A DNA stretch of 64,000 nucleotides from Haliotis rufescens. Lineage: Eukaryota. Position numbers and translations under genes: made by a program. The notes beneath the pieces are model-generated. The model did not search any database and was not told the origin of the DNA. It saw only the letters and a list, made by a program, of their open reading frames with translations. Positions 25,262 to 39,100 of the stretch are shown one piece after another (position 1 is the first letter of the stretch; each line of letters starts with the position of its first letter). Location: contig NW_025964223.1 of assembly GCF_023055435.1 (NCBI RefSeq), forward strand, positions 45,384,001 to 45,448,000, given 5' to 3'.

Positions 25262-28200
25262 ATGAAATGGACACAGGCCTATTTCGCTTTGAGTCTGATT
25301 ACAGACGGTGTGTACAGTGACACGACGGTGACGATCTACCCTCAGTGGCTGGCACAGGGAGGTAGAGTTCGCTATGAGAGTGACAGGTGGAACAAGCATA
25401 ACGGCCTGGAACAGGAGTCCCTTATTGCAAACTGTCGGAGCATTCGGACTGACAGTGGGCGCTGGATGAACAGAGATCTAAATGATCGTCTCTTCCAAGA
25501 TGTGAGATTTTCTTTCCAATTCGATTTTTTTACCTTGTACTTCATATATTAGACAGTGCTTTATAATTATGTCTTTATGTCATTAGGATAAACATTCATG
25601 ACTTGATGAGCCTACACGTGGAGGTTCTGGGTTAGCGTAAGTCTGCAACAACCAGTGGGCGCTGGATACACGAAGATTTTAGTCTCTTTAAAGAAGTGGG
25701 ATTTCTTTCTAACTCAATTCTGTATGTTGTCCCAACACGTCACATATTAGACAGAAACTGATGGTTTTCATTTGCTCATACTGTAATGTCGTAGTTATGG
25801 TTTCAAAAGTACGTTTTGACAGTAATGTTACATGTATTGCAAACAGACATTACTTGACAAATATATTGCTATGGTGATATTGCTCAGATGCATGATGGTG
25901 TTGGGATGAAATTGAATGTTGAGATCAACCTCAAGCTAAGGCAAAAGACACCATGTTAAAGAGTCAATGTCTATATTTCGTTGGGATATACAATAATTCT
26001 AAGATGTCCCATGTTCATCTCAGACAAGACAAGTGAAGTAATTAAGACTGATGTGGAGAAACCTACATGTAGGTCAAGAGCATTAGTGAGTGGGTATGGT
26101 TTTACGGCGCTTTTAGCAATATTCCAGCAAAAGCACGGCGGGGGACACCAGAAATGGGCTTTACACATTGTGCCCATATCGGGAATCGAACCCGGTCTTC
26201 GGCGTGATGAGTGAAATTGTTTACATGTTTATTGTTTGATATTGAGTAACAAATGAGCATCTTTGGAATATAACTCTTGCATTTTGTACACAATTTAATG
26301 TATTAATACTGTGATACATGTTATTTCCGTGAACCGTCAGTGGCATGAAATGGGTTGTATATAATATTAACTTGTTCATTGTATAGTGGCCAGAGGACGC
26401 ACACCGTAGCGGCTACCCCGACCCCAACTACCTAAAGAACATCAGCAAGCAACAGGAACTATTCTCCAACTACCTTGCTGACATTGACAGTGGCTATAAG
26501 AACGAAATGATCATGGTGATGAATGGTAAGAATAATCGGAAACAAAAGCGTTATTTGATTGGTAACGAAATAATCATGATGAAGAAAGGCACGACCAGTT
26601 ATGCGATAGTTAACATAATTAAAACGGCCGTGGATGTGTTTATATTTCTTTATCACGTGCCACAACAATAATAGCAGCAAAAAGTCCAAACACGATGAAA
26701 GAAATAATTTCGAGAATGAGACATAGTCGCGAATTTCTGCAATGAAGTGGTCAGATGTCCCATAGACAGATGAGTGTGTTCTTGTTCCATCACATACTGT
26801 TTAACGCCGAACCTAGCAATATTCCAGCTATATTGCGGAGGCTGCTAGCTCCATCGTCCATCGTAAGTGAATGTCAAGATCACACATTTACATTCTTCTG
26901 TGGAAAGGAAAGAGTGAGCGGGTGAGTTGGGTTTAACGCCGCTTATAACACCATTCAAGTTATATCGCGGCGTGTCAGCTTAATGTGGGAGGAAAGCCCG
27001 AAGTGATGCAGGTCTAAGACGTTTATTAGTTCGGTGAAACCCACGAGCACGGGTATAGTGCTGACAAACCTAGAAATATAATCAGGGCGAACCGGGATTC
27101 CAACCCCCAATCATAGGTTTCTGGCGTGCCCAAGGGACGCAACTCTGTACAGCGAATCGCGGCGCTTTAGACGACTGGGCAACCCGTGCCCCCGGAATGG
27201 AAAGAGGAAGATGATGTGCAGATGCATGTGGCAAGTAATGAGGTTAGGTTTCAAGTTCTATCTTTTGGCAATTGGTAGTAGGAAAAGCCAAAAATACTAG
27301 ACGTACTCTGGGGGGAAGGTACAAATGATTGGTGTGAGAGTCATTTAGACATGTAAGATGTCTTGAAAAGCTAGTTATTAAAGGCAATTAAAAAATCCAT
27401 GTATAAGATAATCAGTTTGGCGTGTTGTTTCTCTTCTAAGAAGATTAACTTTGCCTTTAAAACTAAAATACATGCGTATACTCTTGTAGAAGAAGCATAG
27501 ATGCATTTCAGTCAGTGTCATGTTTCGTTGTATTTGCATATTTCAGCTCTCAACTGGCCAGACTGGATGAACCAATCCGAACATGAGGGCCAATTCCCAA
27601 ACAACATCGATGCTGCTGCAGAGTTTATCGTGTTGATGCTACAAGGAGTCTATGACTACACACAAGGTCACATACCGCCATACTTCGAGGTCGTCAACGA
27701 ACCAGATGTTAAAGAGCAAATAATGAATTTCACGACCACTGTAGCCTTATTCCACAAAACAGTTGCCGAGAAACTCCATTCTAGGTTTCACATCAAAGTG
27801 ACTGGCCCGACAATGACGGGATATAACACAGTGGTAGACAGGAACGACTTTTCGTTCTGGACGAAACTGGTCGATTTCATGGACATAACTTTAGGCTATT
27901 TGGACGTGTTTTCTTTTCATTCGTACAACTCACTTATTGTTTCGGGGAAATCTCACCGATTTACTGGTATAAATGAAGCGCGTCTAGTAGCTTTTGTCGA
28001 CCTGCTTGAAAACTATGTTCATCAAAAGACGGGAAGGATTATACCTCTCATTATCAGTGAATATGGTCGCGGGAAAGTGACGGGAATAAGCTCAACAGCT
28101 CCATCTGGGATAGTCGACTTTGCAACAATATACCAGTCTAATGCCCATAGATTCACCCACCTTGGTCTCAGAGAATACATTGACAAAACAGTGGTGTTTC

Positions 28201-29039
28201 TATTGTCCAATCAACAATATCCAGGACATGATAGTCTCAACCGGTCACTTTTCACCCGCCAAGGAAACGCCACACGTATTGTCGATGTCTTCAAATTCTG
28301 GTACAATTTCACGTCAGAGTATTCCTTCATCAGAACCGCCAGCCAATGTGACGTACAAGAACGAACTGTGTCACCATTAGCAATGTCAAGTTCCTTGCAT
28401 AATGAAACTGTCATTCTCTTACACAGCTATTCTCAACAATCACAGGACGTCAAGCTAGTTTTCCAAGAAGACTGGATCACACCAACAACGGGAGAAGCTA
28501 CTTGCATCACACTCAAGGACAACTGGTATCCAGTCATCACCTTCAACGAACCCTTAGACATCGGTGACACTCGGGGAATGGTTACACTTCCACCCGAAGC
28601 AACATGTCGTTATACATTCAAGACCCCCTCAAGCCAATTACCTAAAGTCATTCTCAATGAAACAACATACTACGGAAGTGATATCATTATACCTATCAAG
28701 GACAGCATTGCTGTGACGACCATATTACTTCCAAAAGATGAATTCGACAGCGCAAGACTGCGAGTTTCAACAAGTCTTCCCATCAATGAAACAAACAGTC
28801 TGTCATCTGTTACCTTTAACCACCAACCTCTTTATTTCTTTTACAAGCTGTTCGACTCAGACAAACAGAACAGTCAAATCTACAACTTCATGGATGTTTG
28901 GGAGTTTGATGTCCATTCCACCTTGTTGAACACCACTTCTATCACGGTCCAGGTTAACTTCTCCAACAAGCAGGCTAAAGGATACGTGACTTCGGTAGCC
29001 CTGGTCACAGCCAAGCTCCTCCCATCCGATACTAAATAA
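25262..29039 (+). CDS. Secreted GH86-like beta-porphyranase/beta-agarase, copy B1 (second subtype), 623 aa; exons 25262-25501, 26387-26525, 27547-29039
   Basis: Same intron positions and phases as A1 (240+139+1493 nt, GT-AG). Signal peptide MKWTQAYFALSLITDGVYS. Motifs WPEDAHRSGYPDP, YFEVVNEPD, LDVFSFHSY, IISEYG and GYVTSVALV. ATTAAA at 29078. Confidence 0.88.
26084..26210 (-). mobile_element. Truncated tRNA-derived SINE (family 1) in intron 1 of B1 (shared with B2 at ~45646-45773)
   Basis: gtgagtgggtatggttttacggcgcttttagcaatattccagc...gggaatcgaaccc matches the full-length copies at 51789 and 55693. Confidence 0.8.
26914..27193 (-). mobile_element. Full-length SINE family 2 in intron 2 of B1, with a ~12-bp target-site duplication
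   Basis: Flanked by ggaaaggaaaga and ggaatggaaaga. The empty site is seen in B2 (tgtggaaaggaaagaggaag, ~46377). Confidence 0.88.
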
Positions 29040-30149
29040 TGATTAGGATAATACTGCAAAATAATAAGGTGGCATTGATTAAAGTGTATCATATATTTGT
29101 TATTGTGTTCCTAGGAGGTGATCTGATGGTAGGCCTGGTAACCCCGTGGGTGATACGGATCATGGAGATTCCCTTTATATTATAACCTTCCTGTGCTGAT
29201 ACCTTTAAGCTATTGATTGGAAGTAATGAGGGTGTTTCCTTGAGTGACATGTTTTCAGAAAATTGTAATCAAGCTTGATGCCATTGTTAGTACTAAAGGA
29301 AGACATTGGACTATTGCTATTACTATTATAGGTGTTATAGAGTGGTACACCAGCCAGAGAACTATACTTAGACGCAATGACTTCAAATTGCTGCTATTTA
29401 TTTATTACAGATCTGATAAATCCTTCTATACACCCTACTTAGTGTCATTTCCCTTGTGGGGGTTTTATAATTTTTGTCGGTAGTTCTATAACTTTATAAT
29501 AAGGGCATCTTCACGATCAACATTTATACCTCACGTACACAAAGTATTATCACATAACGGATTACAAAGCTTAATATAACATTAAAAGATTATAGTTTGT
29601 GCTGGTTATCAAATACCGTGTGCGAAACGTTTTAGCAAAGAATATAGAATAGCACATTACATCTCACTTTAATATGTTATCAACAGCTATAAACAATAAA
29701 CAGCTTTTACATGTTACTGTCAGATATTCAGTAAATATAATAGGTTTCTTGTTCCTACCTATTTCTTAACCATCACTTATAACCTCGTCGGGGTTTACTT
29801 ATCCAACATCGACCAAGAAGGATACGTCCTCTCACTTGGCCTCATCACACCCAATCTTGTGTCCTCCAACATGGACGAATTATAAATCTCAAACATTATA
29901 TCCACAATTATCATTATTATGAATTAAACAAGACATGATGTTTAGCGAAATAAGTGTTTCTAAATTTCATTTCCTTACCATAATTGTTAGGTATAATCTC
30001 AAACATGCAAATATAGAGAGGAAAACTAGAATGAGGTTTCCATTGCATGCAAAAACAGAAGCAGTGCCATCCTCACCTGTTCTTGAAATACCCCCTAAAC
30101 CTTCCCATTAAAAAACAAGTATCATGAACCATTGTGACTTTTGACGGGT

Positions 30150-30830
30150 GCCAGTTGAACTCACACATGCCCAATACAGTACAACTTTGAATGTCCTTTA
30201 CCTCTATGTACCTTAATAATAAAGCTATAACCACTTCAAGTTTAATAATATCAATTCTTGTTTAAGAAAGCACATGCCTAAGGCAGTATAACTTTTAAAC
30301 AGAAACGCCCTTGCCTCTAGCCAGAGAGTTACCATAATACTAAAGTGATAATCATTCCCTTCATCAGTGCCGGGTTGAGACAACACATTCCTAATGAAGT
30401 ACGACTTTGAAACCGAAACATATATGTATGTATGCCTGTAGCTACGTGTACCTTACTAACACAATTATAAGCACTTTGGTTTTAGTAACATCACTTACGG
30501 AAACACATGCCCTATTCAGGATAACATTGAAATAGAAAGTCCCATGCTTCTAAATATCTTAATAACAAAGTTACAAGCACTTCAGGTTCAGTAACGTATC
30601 TTCCAGTTCGGGAAAACACATGCCCAATGCAGTAGCACTTTCAAACAAAAATCCCCTTGCTTTCAGATAGCTTAAAAACAAAGTCCCATTCCCCTAACTT
30701 ATAAGGACTTCCGTTATAATAACGTTACTTCCGGTTTCGGGAAAATACATGCCAAATGCAGTACAAGAATGTAATGCAATTTTGCTGCAACCTCCGTAAG
30801 AAAGTTATAAGCTCTTCAGTTTTACGTTTC
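30150..30830. repeat. Diverged ~113-bp minisatellite (block 1/2 junction)
   Basis: Recurrent cacatgcccaat.cagta..actttcaaac and ttcc.gttc motifs. Confidence 0.7.
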
Positions 30831-31221
30831 GTTTAATGCAATATACATCGGGGGAAAATGTAATCAGTGTTTCAGTTTCAAAGTCTCCCAAACGGGTCTC
30901 GAATATGTGACGGAAATCACCAGGAATATTGTGACAACTTATTCGGAACTGATGTAGAGTGGAAGATACGACACTGCTTGGACTTGAGTTCTGAGTTTAC
31001 ATAGAACTGTAGAAAACGATACTTTAAATGCACTCATGAGCTCCTCGAGTGGTTTAAGTGTTGAATACATAATATATATATATAATAATCATAATGATTT
31101 ATTATATCCTGGAAATATTGTGTGAGAAGGTATTTTGAATTTGAATGGTATAAGCTTTTTTGTAATCATAATACATCTTATAATCACTTGTTTGTTGCAA
31201 CATGCAAATTGATACCAATAC

Positions 31222-31452
31222 AGTGAGTGAGTGAGTTGGGTTTAACGCCACTTTTTAACAGTATTCCAGTTATATCGCGGCGTGTCAGCTTAATGTGGGA
31301 GGTAAGCCCGAAGTGGTGCAGGTCTCAGACATTTACCACTTCGGTGAAACCCACGAGCACGGGTAAGGTGCTGACAAACCTAGAAGCATAACCGGGCCGA
31401 ACCGGGATTCGAACCTACAATTATAGGTTTCTGGCGTGCCTAAGGGATCGCA
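31222..31452 (-). mobile_element. 5'-truncated SINE family 2, associated with a local deletion relative to block 1
   Basis: (gagt)n tail, tttaacgcc...gggattcgaacc. The block-1 sequence ~15484-15852 is missing here. Confidence 0.8.
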
Positions 31453-33117
31453 ACCTATGATGATGGTCAGAGGCAACTTGATGGATCGGGTGGTCAGGCT
31501 CGGGGACTTGGCTGATGGCTTGTAAACGTACCCTTGCAGCGGGATCGTTGCATATAGCATCAATGACTGGATTGTTCATATTCGATTATTTACAGGCTGG
31601 TGGAAGGTCTTTTTCGCACTGAGCTGATAATACATAATAACTATTAAGCAAGTCACCGAGCTGTCAAGCATAATAATAAGGCGCCATCAACAAGTACCGT
31701 AAGTCATTACACTTAAGTTGTATTGAAATGGACACTGGTCTTTCTCGCCTTGAGCTGATAATACACAATAGACATGCAATCAACCAAGTTTTCCCTTAGC
31801 AAGCGTTTGGATCATCGCTGAAATAACACATTTGAGAATTACAGCAATGGTTGTTTGTGGTCCGCGTAGGTATTTTGCAATATCTGTGACTTCCATGTGA
31901 CAGGGAAATTATTATAAATAAAGACTGTGTGATACAATGTTAATGTATTAGGGTGATATAGTTATCTTTTGCATAACGTCTCGAGTGAGAGGGCGACATG
32001 CATTTATCTCAAGGCTATCCTGTCACCTGACCTACATACCAACGCATGTTCTTATCATAAGCAAACATTTATAGAACGGTAGTTCAGGGTCACCAATAAT
32101 TTCCATGAAATCTAACCACATCTTACCACATAGACTCCAGCTCGTACTGTGCAGACCAGTCGAACTTGGAACGTCTTGTGAGTATGCCTTGTGTATGTTA
32201 CATTCATGCCAGAGTGAATGATGTATGTCCATACATGGACTACTGGTTTTACAGACAGGAAATATAATATTACATCGCAGGTACTTTGGCGGGATATGGG
32301 GTTGGGTTAAAGAGGGAGTTTATACAGGTTTTGTATATTTCCAAATTTGATAACAGCAGCTGCGTTAATTCCATGGCGTGAATGAGGTGCGGGATACTGC
32401 AGGCTGGCGATGCAAGAAACGTAATGTGATACGTGCCGGTCTGACAGTGATTCGCTTTAGGGTAAAAAGTAGAATGCAGCGGCTGGGCAGGTTAGGAATA
32501 CTGATGTAAATGGCTTTGGATGTCTGTCTTTCAAACACCGCAGTCCAACTTTGGGTCCAAAACACTTTCATTCGTTATACAAAAAATACAGCTGTGCAAT
32601 GATAATCGAACCGCAATGGCCATGGAGCATCTTCGAAGCGTTAGGCATCCAACCTGCCTGTCCGAAGTCCCGATCAAGTCTCTCTCACATCATTTTTGTA
32701 ATACATTATTATTGTAGAGGTAAGGTATTGTATAATATAACAAAGAATCGACATCTCTTTTTAATTAAAAAATACCAAAATGTTCAAATGGCGCCAACTA
32801 CACGTGGTGTCAATGGATATAATCAATGTATTTTGTGTATGCTGTAAGGGACCAGTGTCCAACATCAAATGATTAACATCTCAGCTCATCTCAATAAACA
32901 GATCAGTGGAAACATTTACAACTACAGTGTCACGTACTTGATATGCACATATATTTTACTGTATGCATCATGCTGACTTGAATGATATTATACCACATAT
33001 ATCTATGTTAAGAGCCCGTTTTATTGTTAATAGTAAATATGTTTCGAAAATAAAATGAAACAAGGTAGCTGAATTGTAAATAAATAATTTCATTGAATGG
33101 AATATATGTTACAGAAA

Positions 33118-36100
33118 ATGAAATGGACACAGGTCTTTTTCACTTTGAGTCTGACAGTAGGCGGTGTATACACTGACACTACTGTCACCATCAATCCTCA
33201 ATGGCTGGCACAGGGAGGAAGCGCTCACTATGATAGTAATAGATGGAACAAGCACAATAACCTGGATCAAGCATTCCTCATTCCAAAATGTCGGAGCCTC
33301 CGGACTGATAGTGGACGCTGGGGTGACAGAGATTATAACGGTCGCCTCTTCCTAGATGTGAGACCTACTTCTGAATAATGCCAAATATTACTTGCAAATG
33401 AAAACTGTCACTAAAGAACTGTCGGAAATGCTAGAAAACTGCTTTTGTGGCTTTATTTAATAAATACGAGTCATAGAACTATAAAAAGAGCATATCTCAA
33501 AATAACGCGAATTGCCCTAATCTAGCCTGTCCTAACTGCCACTGTGATTACCCTTTAAATGTACTTTTACAGGTAAAATGATGATACACTTAGAAAATAT
33601 TGTCTGTTGTCATGCATGTATAAAATGGCCTATAACCTGAATTTATTACCTAACACCTAACCCGAGGTGAAGTCCTCACACAGTCCCGTGCATTCTCCCA
33701 GGTGCAAATGTCACCGAGTTGGGGGTGGTCTCAGAATATTGCTGTTATTGTACTTAAATGACATGCGTTGATGAGGTAGCAATTAAGGATATGTACTGCA
33801 TTATATTTGCTTGGAAACATGATGGACTAGTTAAGAGCTTTGAAACGGGATGAGTATTGAAGGTTGAGGTTTTGGAATCCAGAAGTATTTGTTGTTCTAC
33901 AGATGGTTTCTTGGGGTAGCATTTATCGCCGCTGATGACGTATATGAATCTGTACTTTTGAATGTTGTGTTATGTCCCGTCACGAACCCTGTACATTTAG
34001 CCAAGATAGACACAACGGGGTTGAGCTCACAATGTCTGACTGCCGTACGTAAGACAACGTAACCGTGTTGTGCCGCCAGCACATATGTCTTGTACTTTAC
34101 TGGTTTCTCATTCAGCCGAATTTCCTCCATGATCCTTATGATCTGAAGTCGACCAATGTCATATATTCCTGTATGGTCGCCTTCAGACTAATCATGGTTT
34201 GTGCGACAGTATCTGATTCCCGGACGTTATATTAACTGGCGTTATCCATGACAATCACACTGACGTTGTTTAAAATGGACAATAGCTGAAGTTCCAACCA
34301 GTCTATGAACACATCACCTCCTATAATTTCCTTATGAAAATCACCAGTTTTCTTTTCCGCCTCGAAAACTAGCACACATCTATCAATTAGCCCAATACCA
34401 TGGGTTGCAGCGTGCAAAACAATGACACGATTACCTTTACCTGATGGTACCATGGGTGCTTTTTGTCCATCTGCCAATAGCCACATGTAGTCAGTGGAAT
34501 GATTCACCAAGGTAAATTATCTGGACACCTTGACTGTGATTGTTATGAATGGTTCGGAGATAATGTGACCTCATAGACAGGATGAAATATTTTCCCCTGA
34601 AAAGTGCTCGGTCATCGCGACGCGCAGTGTATCGAAATCCCATCTCTTGGAGAGCAATAGTTAGTGCAGTCCGGGAAACATTAATTGTATCTTTAATTCC
34701 TCCCAAATTCTACTTCAAGTCAGGGTTACCTTCTGCTCATAAAGCTTGTACACTATACGCCTAATCACCCTGTATCAAAGCTGTCTAATATCCTTTTACG
34801 CCCCAGCCCTATACCTGTTTTGTATTCTTATCATACCGTAGTCTTGATGGTATGAATTGAAAACACCATAGCTTGGGCAGTTCGGTAATTCAACCTCTCT
34901 CAATTAATAAATGGTTTCCCATTATCTCTCTAAAGTGTAAAGAACTTGTATGCATTTCCAAGTACAGATTCCATAATTATGATGTACCTTGGTTATGGCT
35001 ATGCAAGTGTAATGTAACATGCATCATGGGAGCAATGTTAACAACAAAAAACGCAGCGTCATTTTGTCATTTTAGAAGATGCACATCTAGATTTTTTTCA
35101 AAATGATTTTAGTGTGTTGAGCAGATGTTTTATGAAGACGACATTATTATCATTGTAACGGCGTCACGTGCGCATATTTCTATAGTCCGTTTCAGACTGC
35201 CATCGTTGGACTTATAAATGTGAGCTTCCTGTTTTCGTTCGAATTTGTCTCCTGTAAACTTGTCGATAGGACTCCTTGTGACTGAAATACTTCAAACCAC
35301 AGGTGTGGCGATCGGTAGTTATTCCATATTTCAATAACAACAGTCTGTGAAAAATTATATATCTTTTTAACAAAAAAGCAGTTTTCTAGCATTTCCGACA
35401 GTGCTTTAGTATTGTTCAAGGAATTATTTGACATTATCAAATTGAAAAGCCAGTGATGGTGATAACGTAATGGTATATATTCAATAAAAACAAAGTTTCA
35501 ACATACTTGGAGTCACTCTGCTATTTAGATTAAACTCAGATTCTTCAATATTAGAAAAAACAAATTCATTTATGTCTTAGGATTTCTCCAAAACCTGTTA
35601 CGAAAAAGATATTTTAAGTTCTTAATGCACGTGTTGCTATATCTGTCAAGTGAACTGACAAGAATTGCGTAGGGAGAATAACAGGTCAAATATTGCCTAA
35701 CAGAAATGAAAACAAATATCTAAAATGAGAAAATATTGAATTGCGAATTGTTCGTAATTAATTTCAAAACTTTGATAGTGTATTCTTCACCATTGACAAT
35801 AACAGCGAACAATGTCACTTCTTGACGCCATATTATGGCAGCTATTCAGGCTGACAGTAAATGTCCGTGCAAATATGCATTGATAAATGTTCACAAAATG
35901 GCACCAAGTGGAAAACACCTTTACCAATCTAATAAGCATATATATTGTAGTGGCCAGAGGACCCAAACCGTAGTGGCTACCCTGACCCCAACTATCTGAA
36001 GAACGTCACCAAACAGAAGGAACTGTTCTCCAAGTACGTTGAGAACATCAACAGTGGTTATGAGAACGACATGATCATGATGGCGGAAGGTAAGATTGTT

Positions 36101-39100
36101 CGATATGATGGCACTGTAGCCATGGCGGAACCCAACATAAGTGGATAAGGCCAAAACAAACTAATCTAATGTTTACATCACCACCGTTTTATTCTGTTTG
36201 TTCGCTGGATTTTTGGTAGCAGCCATCACTTGGGTAATGCTGGATTCAATATTTGGGCCAACATCTTGATTGTCTATTGATTCCAATTGGTTTCCATTAA
36301 TGCGACGAGAACCCACTGTTGGTTCATCGTCACTTGGCATGCAGAAGCCCAGTAGTGAACCAACGTCCCTTAAACCAAAATATCTTACTGCGAACTAGAA
36401 CTTGCCTGATTGTAGAGATTTTGTTTACTGTTTGTCTGTTGTTTAACGTCGCAACATGACAGTGGTCTGTGAACAATCGCTACAATATATGGGAATACAA
36501 TGTTAAAGACAGAATGCAATGTAAATAAATATCATCAGCCGAAAGTTTATACGTATCGCAGATATTGAAGAAAAGGATAAAAAATGTATGATGCATTAGT
36601 ACTACTTTCTATCCTGCGGAGATTGGTCCCCAACAATCTGTGTAAGGATCAGCTTGTCAAGCTCTGTTGATTGCGTATCACTCTATCTCGACGGCGTAGA
36701 TCGCTGCTCTTAATATCAGCCACTAGTTTATTTGGTTACAGGTCGCCGTCGAGGACCTGGGATTTCGCTAAGTGCCGCGTTAAGCAACGAACATGTATTA
36801 CTCCTCATACGAGATTTGGAGATACGCGAGGACAATAACGTCTCTTTATTACTTCATGCTTGAGTTCGTGAGGTAATTTAACTGACTCAAACTTCAGCAA
36901 CTGCTGGTAGAGAACGTCGATTATCCTTATCTACATTTTAGGGGAGCTTTGGGGAACAGTTACTTGAGGAAGTAGATCTGATGTATGGAGCTCATCCAAC
37001 GTCGCTCCTTCTAGGCGACCTCAGTTGCAAATACCAAGTAGATTTGGTTTGGTCTATCACATCGATAACACTTTCCATCACATAAAATACTCACATCCTT
37101 GAGTATTTGATTTTTGGTGTCTCCCTATCCATTTCGTGACTCAAAATAATTTTAAAAGCAACCCTTCTCCAATATAGTAAAATGTTTATGTTGAAGTTAA
37201 AAGTATGATTCATTAACCTTAAAGTCTCCGTCGAGGACCTGGGATTTCGCCGAGTGCCGAATTAAACAGCAAACAATTACTACTCCTTATGAGACAATAA
37301 TGTCTCTTTATTACTTCATGCGTAAATTAATCAGAGTTCCCGAGATAAAACTCAGTGAAACTTCAGCAACTGGCGTCAGAAAATGTCCCTTGCCCTCACG
37401 AACGTATTGGGGGAAACTCGGGAAATAGTTCACTGAGGACATAGATATGATATGTGGAGCTCAAAGAACAAATGGTGGTGGTATGCTTCACACCAAAACT
37501 AAACTGAAAAATATATACTGTTTTAGAGAAGATAACGCAGAGGCTAATAATTTGAATTAATATTATCAGTAATTGTATTCACATTATAACTAGAATAAAA
37601 CTGTTTGTTTAGATATGACAAAACTAAATATTAGTATATAAACTGTCTATGCTGAAGCGATATCCATATATAATTAGCATGTATTTTATCTTCTAAAATC
37701 GACAAATCACTCGCTGAAAAGTTTGATTTTGTCCGTAGCCATTTTATCCAATTTCTCTAAGAAAAATCAGAAAAACAAAACTAAACATTGGTTCTGGTGC
37801 AATAATGTCAGGAAATGTCACCCAACCTGGGATGTCACAGATATCACGTCTTGTCAAGAGTCAAAGAAATATCATATTACCAACGGTTCCTTTGACACAG
37901 CTGTCTACGGTTCAGCCTAGTTCGTATAAGCCCATACTGTCCCTGTCCCTCATAAGTGTCCCACAACTATTCACAATTCCTCCTTGAAGATCCAGGTTAA
38001 AACTGCTCTTCAGCAACCATGTTGTCGTAAGGGGCAACTAACGGGATCGGGTGGTCGGGCTTGCTGACGTGGTTGATGCATGTCATCGTTTCCCAATTGC
38101 ACAGGTCGCTGCTCATGATGTCAAACAGGATTGTCTGGGGCGCTACACAATACGAAAATATATAAACACAAAGTTATAATTCAATATTGATTATCAAGTT
38201 ATTTATGTAAGGATATTGGATAAATGTTGGACAAAAACAAGCAATTTTACAAACCATTGTAATAGCCTAATGAAGCCACCTTCCATTAAGTACTTATATG
38301 TGACACAAAAATGATATCATACGTTTAATGTGTTTCCTGATAAACAAAATGAAAGCCAACCTGCTTTAAAATAGAGACTAAGATGACCATGACCTTGAAC
38401 ATGGCATATATTTCCTTTCTAAACCAGTCATTACATCATTATTTTATTTTCAATTTAAATTTTAATCATTCATATGTTTTCAAACTGTTTCATTTCAATT
38501 CATTTTTGCCAGAACATGTATTTGTTTAACAGTTTTACTCTTATGCTGTTGACAGCTCTGTTTTACCCGAGTTGGATAGACACGTCTGAACACGATGGTC
38601 ATTTCCCAAACAATGTCGATGCTGCTGCAGAGTTCATGATGTTGATGGTGCAAGGAGTGTATGACTACACCAAAGGACAGATGATTCCACCCTACTTTGA
38701 GCCCATAAATGAACCGGATGGTAAACGGCATATCCTGAATTTCACGACTATTACCATTTTTCACAAATTAGTTGCAGAGAAACTCCATGCCAGATTTAAC
38801 ATCAAAGTTGCTGGTCCTACACTGACCGGACAAACAGGACATTCAGATATAAACGACTTTTTGTATTGGCACAATGTGGCAAATTTCATGGACGTCACTT
38901 TAGGCTACATCGACGTATTTTCTTTTCATGCATACAACTATCTCGTTGTTTCGGGGAAATTTCACAATTTTACTGGAATAAATGAAGCACGTCTGGTAGC
39001 ATTTGTCGACCTGGTCGAAAATTATGCTTCTCAGAAGACCGGCAAGATTATCCCCCTTGTTATCAGTGAATATGGTCGCGGCGCCGTCATTGGACGTGAT

